From Azolla caroliniana (Eukaryota > Plantae > Polypodiophyta), in assembly GCA_043228905.1 (NCBI GenBank), contig JBHGNT010000003.1:22320001-22384000 (forward strand): 64,000 nucleotides of DNA, given 5' to 3'. Below are positions 54,218-64,000 of this stretch, one piece after another. Below the pieces are notes generated by a model. That model made no database searches, had not been told where the DNA came from, and saw nothing but the letters and a program-made list of their open reading frames with translations. The translations under genes and the position numbers were made by a program. Within the stretch, counting starts at the first letter, position 1, and each line of letters starts with the position of its first letter.

Positions 54218-57200
54218 CTCCCTCTCAAGCTCAACCTGAGGTAGGGTCGTAGTGTCAACCTTTGTGGCAGCCAGTTCTTCCAACCAATTTCTCCTGGTGT
54301 CGCTTCGCCTTGCTCGTGCTCCTTGTCCGGTCCGATCCCGTTTGCCGTGACCCCTTTGGTTCTGCGCGCCTCGACCTTCGGCATGTCTGCTCAATAGGCC
54401 CATCTCAGCTCCTTCGCTGCTATGACTCCGGCGCTTGCCGATCCGTCGGTTCCACCGCGATGGCATCGACTTCCGTTGCGTCTGTGTCTCCTTGGCCTCT
54501 TGTTGATCCGAATCGGCTGTCTCCGACTCATTCCAGCTCTTGTCCAAATCGGTATCCTCCGATTCGATTTTCGGCTTCAGGCCTCTCACCACATCGAACC
54601 ACGTCCGGGTCTTGGCCTTCTCCGTGCTTCCCTTGACTTCTTCAGCCGGTTCACCGAAGTCAAATTCTTCATTCGACTCTGCATCATGGCCATTACGATC
54701 GTGATGACCTCCGCATAGCATGCACTTCTCTTCCTGAGTGTACACTTCTTCTTCACAGCCGCTCACTCCGACTTGTTCGGATATGCCGACTTCCTTCGTC
54801 GACTCGGCTTCATTTTTCTTCTTGTCTCCACCTCTACCAGTTCTTCTCTTACCTACGGGTTCAATAGTTTTTTTGCCTTTGCCCGTTTTGGTAGTGTCTT
54901 TGCCCTTGTGTCTCCCCCTCAAGTGCGGCATGTCGAGATGCTGAACACCAAGCATTTCGGTAAAGTGTTGCAACTTGTCCGACCCGAGCGGCTTGGTGAA
55001 GATGTCGGCAACTTGCCGATTCGTGTGAACATACCGTAGTTCAACTTCACCGCTCAGGACCCGCTCATGCACGAAGTGATAATGCACTTCTATGTGCTTT
55101 GTGTGAACATGGAACACAGGGTTCTTGGCGAGCTGCATGTTGCTGAGGTTATCGCAGTAGATCAGGATCGGGGTCGATACCTCGATCCGCAGGTCTTGCA
55201 GTAGTCACTGAAGCCAAATGGCTTCGCAGGTGGCAACAGTCGTGCCCCGATATTCAACCTCAGTGCTGGATAGAGCCATTGTTGGCTGCTTTTTGCTGCT
55301 CCACGCAACAGCCGCGCTCCCAAGAGAAAACATAAAGCCGGAAGTTGAGCGACGATCCGTTGCATCGCCAGCCCAGTCGGCATCCGTGTAGCCAATAAGC
55401 TCTTCGGTTATACCTTGCCGGTATAAGAGCCCCCGATCCTTAGTGTCGCTTACATACCTCAGTATTCGTTGCGCGCACTGAAGGTGCTCCACGGTCGGCT
55501 TCTGCATGAATTGGCTTACCACTCCGATCGGATAGCTAATGTCGGGTCGGGTGATGGTCAAGTAGATCAGGCTTCCGACTATTTGTCAAAACCTTTTCTC
55601 ATCGCAGGCTGGTCCGGAGTTGGGATGGATCTTCTGATTCCGGTCCAGGGGTGTGGAGATAGGTCAGCATTCTGTCATGCCGAACTTGTACAGTATATTC
55701 AACACATAATGGCGTTGAGAAAGCAATATGCTGTCGGGGGTGCGGATCACCTCGATCCCCAAAAAATAATGAAGGTCCCCCAAGTCCTTCATATCGAATG
55801 CGTCCGACAACTGGGACTTGACGCGGTTGATTTCCGGAAGACCTGGGCCGGTGATGACTAAATCATCAACATAGAGTAAGATACATACCGGACCGTTTGA
55901 GCCTTGACGGATGAACAGGGAAGAGTCCGACTTAGAGGCAACAAACCCCATCTTTCGCAACTGGTGCGTGATCTTAGCATTCCAAGCACGGGGGGCTTGC
56001 TTCAAGCCGTACAACGACTTCCTCAGCCGGCATACCGCCGACTTGTTCACCTCCGACTGAAATCCGAGGGGCTGAGTCATAAAGACTTCTTCTTCAAGAT
56101 CTCCTTGAAGGAAGACATTCTTCACATCCATCTGATGAAGATGCCACCCCCTTGCTGCAGCAACCGCCAGTACCACACGAACCGTCGTCATCTTCGCTAC
56201 AGGAGCGAAGGTCTCGTCGTAGTTGATTCCGTGGGTCTGCGCATATCCCTTCGCCACTAACCGGGCCTTGTACCGGTTAACTGTACTGTCGGCATTGTAC
56301 TTTACCTTGTACACCCACTTGCATCCGATCGGTTTACAGTGACGGGGAGGGTCAACCAGGTCCCAAGTTTCGTTGGCATCCAGTGCCCGCATTTCTTCCT
56401 CCATAGCAGCACGCCAATTTGCGTCCTTTGCCGCTTCTACGTAGCTCTCCGGCTCACGTACTTCCGTGACCTTGGTCATGTACGCATAATGATGCGCCAT
56501 GTACTCGTTATACCCGTACCGTTTAATGGAATCCTTCTGGCGGGTGGACCAACGTAACTCACCGTTACCCGGTATGAGACCCTTCTTGGCCGGTTCGGTC
56601 TTCGTTCTTGAAGATCTGCATATGTCCTTGCTGAAGTTAGATATGCACCGATCCGACTCATCATTGCTGGTCTCGAATTCCGGCATCTTCTGCTTCCCTT
56701 TCTCTTTGTGTGTGAACCGTCTCCTTGGTTCCTTACGCGGGGAGAGCACGACAGAGTCTCCACTACTCGTCGTCTCATCATCCGACTGGTTGGATTGATC
56801 TAGTCTCTCATTCGGTCTGCTTAACCGAAATGATTCTGGACTCTCATCTTGAGTCCCGGCTTCATCTTCCTCTACCTGGGCCGGTTCAGGCTCACTAGCC
56901 CCATCCTCCGACATCGGGTCGGGATCGGAAGTCGGAGTTGGTAAGGAATACCACGATGTCGATTCATCAAACTCGACATCTCGGCTGATTCAGACCTGCT
57001 TCATTCGGGGGTTATAACACTTATAGCCCTTTTGCTCTTGAGCATAGCCGACTAGGATGCATTTTTCCGATTTTGCATCCAGCTTTCTCCGCTTCTCATC
57101 CGGCACATGTACAAAGGCTATGCTGCCGAATATCCGAAGGTGTCTCAAATTCGGCTTGTGCCCGAAATACAGCTTGTGAGCTGACACCTTGTCCCCGATC

Positions 57201-59279
57201 CGGTTCTGGATGTAAATGACCGTTTGGACCACCTCCGCCCAGTAGAACTTGGGCATGCTCTTTTCCTCCAGCATTGCCCTAGCCGCATCAATCAACGACC
57301 GATTCTTCCTTTCGGTCACACCGTTCTGTTGCGGTGTGTATCTGCAGCTGAATTCTCGCCGAATTCCTTTTTGTTGCAGATAGCTGTTGAATTGGCCGGA
57401 AAAGTACTCTTTTCCGCCATCCGACCATAGGCATTTGATCTTCCTCTCCGATTCCCGTTCCACCATCTTCTGGATGCTCCGGAAACACTCGAAGACTTCG
57501 CTCTTCCGCTCAATGAGGTAGATCCACGTATGCCGCGTGTAGTCGTCGATGAAGGAGACGAAATATCGACTCCCGCCAATGCTAACATTTTGTGCCGGTC
57601 CCCACACATCCGAATGGATAACATCGAGCTTGTTACGGCTTCGATTTCTTTCGGTGGGGAATGGAAGCCGGTGTTGCTTCCCGAGTTGGCAGGCTTCACA
57701 AATCTGGGCTCTCCGGCCGTTAAACTTCGGCAAACCGAAAACGACTTGTTCCGTTTGCAGGTCTTCAAGCCTCCGATAGTTGACGTGGCCGATCCGCTTG
57801 TGCCACAGGTCGATATCCGACTCGACCTTCTATCCTTTGGCGAACTGTGCGGTGCCGACAACATTGGTGTTGAGGATAAACATCCTCCCAACTCTGCGCC
57901 CTTGCGCAATAACTTCGCCCTCATCCTCAATGAAGCACCCGAGGTGCGTAAACCGCACCTGCATCCCCTGGTCGACGATCTGTCCGACCGACACCAGGTT
58001 CTTCGTGATCGTCGGAACATGTAATAGATTCATCAGCTTCCCCCTCTGTCCGACGTGGCTCAAAGGGACTTCTTCGACGTGCACGATCGGGTGGGGAGTG
58101 TCGTCTCTGGTTTCGACAACTCCCGGACTCCCCGTGGCTCGTCATGTGGATCGATGCGCCGGAGTCAACGTACCACACTTCCTCCGATTTGGAAGTGGTC
58201 TTCTTCATTGAGTTTGCCTTGTGCTTCATCACCAAGGTTGGCCCCTTACCGTTCTTGGATCCTCCCGATCCGTTTGCGTAGTGCGAGCTTTGCCGGCCTT
58301 CCTTATCGGTCTTGCTGGATCCGGATTTGTCCGAATCGACACGCTTTCTCCAACACTCGCTTTCCCTATGGCCCTTTTCTGCCACAGTACCAGCATTCCG
58401 TAGCAGATTTGTCTTGCTGGCCTCCGACACCACCTTGACTCCCTCTACTTGTGGAAGTCCCGGAACTGTTGTTGGCACGCTCACTGTGCCTTCGTTCCTG
58501 CTCTTGCCGGCCGCCTCCATTGCGTGCCGACCTGCCTCGTCCACCACGCCGACGGGACCGATCTGCTCCCATGTACAACATCCGGTTGTCTGGGGATGCA
58601 CAGGTAGATGCACCAGCGTGGTTCTCCTCTACAAGGAGCATCGAATGTAAGTTGAAAAATGAGGGCGTATTCTCCCTTGTACAAACCGCCATCCGAAAAG
58701 CTCCGAACTTGGACGCCAGGCCTCCAAGACAGACCTGCACCATCTCGTCTTCCTCTACGGTGACGTTAATAGAGGCAAGCAAGTCACAAATCCCTTTGAT
58801 CCGGGCTGTGTAATCTGCCACCGACATGTTCTTCTGTCGAACATTGCTCAACTCTTGTCTGAGTTGCAGCTTCCGGGTAGTGGTGCTTGCGGCAAAAACC
58901 TTTTTCAAGTTTCCCCAAGCATCCTTCAGTGTCTTGGCGTCACAAATATGGCTGAGCAGCTGGTCATCGACACTGGACGCGAAGCAGTACATCACCCTGC
59001 TTATCGCCTGTTCCCACACTGGGAAGTCCTTGTGTGTCGTCTCCAGTGCTGAGTCGTCCACTCCGTCGACATAACTCCAGTAGCCATGCCCAAGCAATTA
59101 CTAGTGCATCTTGTATGACCAAGATGCGTAGTTGGTTCTGTCGAGCTTCTCCACCGGGAGCGACGTAGCCATACCTCTGTCCATTTCTCCTTTTGTGTCT
59201 GCTTTCCGATCAGTTAGGGTTTCCTTCACAAGCGTAGATGTCTGCAGCAGAGGTTCTCAACCCACGCGCTCTGATACCA

Positions 59280-59320
59280 TGTAAAAGATTGCTTGCGGAA
59301 GCGTTAGAAAGAACAATACA

Positions 59321-59378
<58 letters not shown>

Positions 59379-59710
59379 GCGGGAGAGACAAAGACAAAGA
59401 GAGAGCAAAACACACTATTTTTCAAAATTATATGAATACTCTGTGCTCTGTATCTACAACGCGCTCATCAACGCTATTTATACAAGTCCACACGGGACTG
59501 TTAGAAGTACGGTGTACTTCAATGCTCACACGAGCATCTGACACTAACTACGAGACTATAATTGCCTAGTAGTCTAACCTATACTAGGCTTCCGGTTACG
59601 GATTGGATCCGGCATACCGGTTCCCCAGCTCACCGGCATACCGATTCATCTCGCTTACCAGCTCAGGCTTATTCAGCCGATCCGGCTCCGGTTGAGCTTG
59701 CCGCTCAACA
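59280..59710 (-). repeat. 5' LTR of Copia D
   Basis: Matches 53773-54217; PBS adjacent. Confidence 0.95.
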
Positions 59711-62238
59711 GTAAGCGAACCGTAATCGCAACAACATTTTCCAGCAATCGTTCCTTGGTTGGAGTCCTCGCACCACAAATTTGGCGAGTAGGGCTTTTAA
59801 TTGTGAGAGGGGATCAATAAGACCCAATCCTCCTCTCGACTTAGGTGATGTGAGTATAGGCCACATCACCTTGGCCCGAGTTGCATGATCTTCCTTACCA
59901 GACCAAATGTAGTTGCGTACCAATCGTTGAATATGGTGTATACTTTCCTTGGAGATTGTCCAACATGATAGGTTGTGCCACGCTATTGTGAGTAATACCT
60001 TATTTGCCACTATGATGTGCTCCGCTAGCGAGAGTTTTTTCGAACTCCAATGTATCAACTTTTGTCGAATGGAGTGAATAACTGGTGCAATCATAGTCTT
60101 CGGAGGTATGTTGAACCCAATTTGAAAACCCAAATATTTGGTGCTCGCTCCTTGATTGATCCACTTGAAAGTAGGATGGGGGTGCCACGCAAGATGTGCT
60201 TCATTTGACATGTTATTCTTCATTCTTCATTGAAACAAACATTGTTAATATTTAGCTAAGGTGATAAAAGAAACCAATATATTCAAAGTGCGTGATTTTC
60301 TCCAACCCTTCCTCATAGCCCATATCGTTGGCAATCATTTACATCTTTTTGGATGAAAAACTTGATTTGTCAAAGTAGTACTACATCACTCTTGTCAACA
60401 AAATCATAGCTTGAACTTTCCGTCCAATATCAAGGTATGGGACAAATTTAATGTGATGTAAAGTTCCATATGCAGGGGATTATCACTCTCTCTTGCAAAG
60501 CCAATATCTACATTTAAAGCATAGAATTGTCCAAATCCATTTGTATTGAAGAGAATCATGAAGATGATGCTCTAGGCTACAAACGAAGAACCCCTGACTT
60601 GATAGAATCTTGCAATGATCAATGAGAGACAATCATGTTTGCCAAACAAATTTGTCCCAGTGAAGGATTGTATGATGTTGGTTGTAGGAGAGTTGTCTTG
60701 CAACAAAGAGGAGGTTACGGTGGTCAAAGATGGAGCGAAATTGGAGCCTTTCCATGAACAGGGAGATGCAAAGTGGATAACTTGATAACCTAGGAAGGGT
60801 CTCGCAGCTTATAAACATACTTGACGCCCTGAAACATATGATTAGAATGTGCCCATTAGGTGGCATATGAGTTCCAACATTATTTAAATGTAGATGCCTA
60901 CACCAAGTTGGTGTAGATGGTACCTATAGATGAGGTGTGTAGAGATAGTTCCAACATACACATGTAGATGAATATTGTAAATCTCCCTTAGATATCAACT
61001 TTTGTAAATAGGACACTGATGTGAACTCTTCGGCCTTAAATATGTGAGGAGAATTAGTTGTGAGTGTTTTGATTGGTGGTTGATTAACTATAAGTCCTCA
61101 TGTAAAAGATCTCGCGATAACATATTGTAACGTATAATGTAGAAAAATTGAAAGTCATAGACTCTCTTTGATCCCCGCATTCTACCATTTCTTTGTGCAA
61201 TATCATTGCATTATGGCAAAGGTAATTGCCAAACCCTTTAGAGGTATTTCTAAACCATTCAATGTGTGAGGTTGCTCTGTTGAGCATTGTCACCCACACT
61301 CCAATGTTATACTCTGACATTACCATTAATAGTATATTCTTTCTTGCATTATCATAAACTTGGGCAATGTTATCTCCTAAGTTATAACACTAGGTTTTGT
61401 TTTCTTTATGGGGGAAGAAAAAATGCATATCATTGTGGAATGAAATATTGGAATCAAACTTCTCTTCCTTTTGAAATGAAACGCAAGTGCTCACCTATAT
61501 CTTGAGAAGGAGAAAACATATGCGTGATCCTATGGTTATATTGCCATAGCATAAACTACATCATAAAATAGCCAAAATAATTGTGAGATCCTAATATTTA
61601 TGTTACATTTTGTTCTAATAGAATCTAACATGAAATGTACTTGTGGCTCAAAAAAAGAAAAAACTCGGCACATTGGATGTGTGTGATCTTCTTTTCCAAT
61701 AAGATTTCTTAACGACCGTTCAACTTACAAATTTATGCCGAGTATAAGTTTGATATTCCTTAAGTTCCTTCCTTAAAAAAGGTAAACTCCAAGTATATAG
61801 ACAAAAATGTAACAATCCATCATCTGAGTACAAATTGATATCCTGGGACTTCACTCACTATTAAGTTTTGACATATTTATGTATCGACTACAACAGTCGA
61901 CATCAAGCTAAAAGTGTTACACATTGAAGGAATATCATCCTATCACATAGGACTAAATTTGTTTTCTTCCATGGATAAAGAGGAAGACTACAAGGAACCT
62001 TTTTATTTGTGTTCCAAAAGAAAAATTGGAGCTAATCATCACTTCGTATGGATACATATATAATTAAAAGCTCACAACTTCAACATTCTCTACACCAAAA
62101 AAGAAATAAAACAAGAATGACATATAAGGCGAGAGGGGGCCAGAAGACAAAAAACATCAGCATAATGTTAATATAACTAGTAGTGTGTGGGGCAAAGAAT
62201 GTGACCTGAAGATGTGACCATGCTAACAATTGAACGAG

Positions 62239-62409
62239 CTAACAAAGATATCCATGAGACGGTATGTTGAGTCGATGCGTTGAGTCGATGCCTAGCATAA
62301 GCTTCCTTTGCTTTGGCAATGCCACTACATAACGACTCGATCCGTAGGCATTGGCAATAGAAATCGGGTGGCCAACCCATGCCAAGGAGATCAACAATGA
62401 CAAGACCAT
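62239..62409 (-). CDS. Possible small secreted peptide ORF (56 aa) or pseudogene exon
   Basis: MVLSLLISLAWVGHPISIANAYGSSRYVVALPKQRKLMLGIDSTHRLNIPSHGYLC*; hydrophobic N-terminus ending in A-N-A; RKL motif. Confidence 0.3.
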   Translation of the reverse strand: MVLSLLISLAWVGHPISIANAYGSSRYVVALPKQRKLMLGIDSTHRLNIPSHGYLC

Positions 62410-62461
62410 CAACAAGAGGGGGAGCTAGAGAGAGCATTGTCCATGTGAATGAGACACACTT

Positions 62462-62702
62462 ACACATGTATAGAAGCCCGAGATCCTAGCAATTCGGGCT
62501 TATGTATGTAATCGTGGATTTGGACACATACGCATCCAAACACACATACACACATGATACGTTAAAATCCTCAGGTTAATTAGTGTAACACATGTACAGA
62601 AGCCTGAGATCCTAATTATCGGCTTCTGGATGTAACTGTGGATTCAGACACATAGGCATGCACACACGATACCTTAAAATCCTCAGGTTAATTAGTGTAA
62701 CA
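62462..62702. repeat. ~115-126-bp tandem duplication upstream of PPOX
   Basis: CACATGTA.AGAAGCC.GAGATCCTA...TTAAAATCCTCAGGTTAATTAGTGTAACA occurs twice. Confidence 0.9.
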
Positions 62703-62888
62703 AAACAATAATGAATAATAATAATAATAATAATAATATAGCTTTACCTTTGAAGTCAAATATGAAGATAACTTTCCCATTGCTAGTGTTAATGATTTAT
62801 AATTAGATCTAAACATCAAATGAATGAAATTGGATGTAAATTTCTTCTTCTTCTTCTTCTTCTTTCCAAATAACAATAAAATCCTTCA

Positions 62889-63587
62889 ATGGACTTGAGC
62901 AACAGTCTGTTACCCCCTCCTCCTCCTCCTCCCTCCGGAACAAACCCTAATATTAACCCTAAATTTGGCTGGGGAATTCCTTTTCCTACATTTGGCCACT
63001 CAAGCCCTACAGCTGGGCAGGTAAACCCTAATCCTAACCCTACAATTGGCCAGATAGGTATTGACCCTAAATTGAGCCAGATAAATCCGAACCCTGAATT
63101 GGGCAGTAGAAACGCTCACCGTAAACCAGGACAAAGAAACGAAAACCCTAAATTCGATTGGATTAACCCTAACTCTACTAACCATAATCCCAACCCTAAC
63201 CACAAATATGGCAGGGAAAACCCTAACGCTACGCCTAAACCTAAATCCGGCTATCGAAACCTCGTTCCCACGCCAACATCAGATCGACATCAGAAGGCGC
63301 ATTGCATTGAGATCCACGCCAATCAACCCCCATATTCTTCTTCTCCATCAACAGAGCAGACACAGAGCAAAGAATTCTACGAGTGTGTTATTGTTGGGGC
63401 AGGGATTTCGGGATTATGCACAGCTCAGGCTTTAATTACAAAACATGGTTTTGACATCAGTCGACTTCTCATTACTGAAGCTAGGGATAGAGTCGGTGGT
63501 ACTATCTCTACTGTTCAGAGAGGGGAGTATCTATGGGAAGAAGGACCTCATAACTTTCAGCCCTCTGATCCATTGCTTACGATGGTG
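62889..63587 (+). CDS. PPOX1: Protoporphyrinogen oxidase 1-like, exon 1 (rest beyond window)
   Basis: ECVIVGAGISGLCTAQAL...TEARDRVGG...YLWEEGPHNFQPSDPLLTMV matches the plant PPOX1 FAD-binding N-terminus; donor GTATGT at 63588. Confidence 0.88.
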
Positions 63588-64000
63588 GTATGTCTTTTCT
63601 CATTTTTATTTTATGATGATTGTGTGTGCATAGTTTTATTTATTTGATTTGATTTCTATTACAATATTTAGTTTTTATGCTGATTGTCTGTGTGCATATA
63701 TCGAAGAATTCAGAAACTTTAAATTTTTTGATTAGTAAGAAGTCTTAGGGTTTTTAATCCCATTGTGATTCCCACATTTGCTTTGAGTAGGAGTTACTGA
63801 TATTATGAGCTTTTGGCGGTGAGCAGAGGAATTTCTCACATATAAAAAATGTATAATTCTTCATCTGAACTTATTTTTGTGTAGGATGGCACCATCAGAA
63901 CTTATAAGAATTGAATAAACACAAAGTTTTACGGAGAGAAAGAAAGAAAAATATATTGACTCTTAAGTTAGTAAGTTGCCTGTGAGAGTGAACAAGAGAT

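Larger units (their letters stand above)
53773..59710 (-). mobile_element. Full-length decayed Copia element D (gag-PR-IN-RT-RH plus extension), TSD GTAAG
   Basis: Paired LTRs; TSD GTAAG at 53768-53772 and 59711-59715; PBS TGGTATCAGAGC at 59268-59279; CWYCGRKG, WYVDSGAS, IHSDVWGP, SDGGKEY, PQQNG, YVDDL, YTDADWAG, ADIFTK; several stops and frameshifts. Confidence 0.97.
52206..60205 (-). mobile_element. 5'-truncated L1-type LINE (copy 2), split by Copia D into 59711-~60205 and 52206-53772
   Basis: KYLGFQIG...KLIHWSSKKLSLA...GGLGLIDP (RT C-terminal region); zf-RVT CVVCPNAIESIQHALWDC; T tract near 52206. Confidence 0.85.

Noticed and set aside
54262-54718. Antisense ORF in the Copia D 3' region
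   Set aside because: No counterpart in Copia A; the conservation is in the sense frame.
60330-61080. Possible Copia RNase H/LTR relic
   Set aside because: Resemblance too weak to support a call.
63885-63920. PPOX exon 2
   Set aside because: The sequence after the AG does not encode the expected DSGL.D.LVLGDP; exon 2 is probably beyond the window.

Overview
Land-plant nuclear genomic DNA (spliceosomal GT-AG introns, AT-rich intergenic DNA, many decayed TEs; a seed-free vascular plant such as a fern is a guess, not shown). Positions 1-9.0 kb are the right half of a five-level LTR-retrotransposon nest: a Gypsy inside Copia A, inside Copia B, inside Copia C, inside Copia E, with a foldback MITE in E's LTR. 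Host genes are an intronless TM+ARM-repeat (BLE2-like) gene (9822-12440 +), a 7-exon DUF26 cysteine-rich receptor kinase (17652-21988 -), a 5-exon class II KNOX gene (35610-40501 +), a 12-exon PDIL1-5/1-6-type disulfide isomerase (44284-49261 +), and exon 1 of a PPOX1-like gene (62889-63587 +). Two L1-type LINE 3' ends lie at 50.4-60.2 kb; one is split by a full-length decayed Copia (D, 53773-59710, TSD GTAAG). Best novelty candidate: Copia A and D share a Pol extension beyond RNase H (in frame in D, frameshifted in A). It lies between two PPT motifs, ends at the LTR start, and a conserved 10-11 bp stem encloses the functional PPT. Second candidate: the PPOX1-like exon has a ~164-aa Asn-Pro leader encoded by telo-box-like repeats and an altered GPNSF motif. 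All family calls are by eye; no database searches were run.
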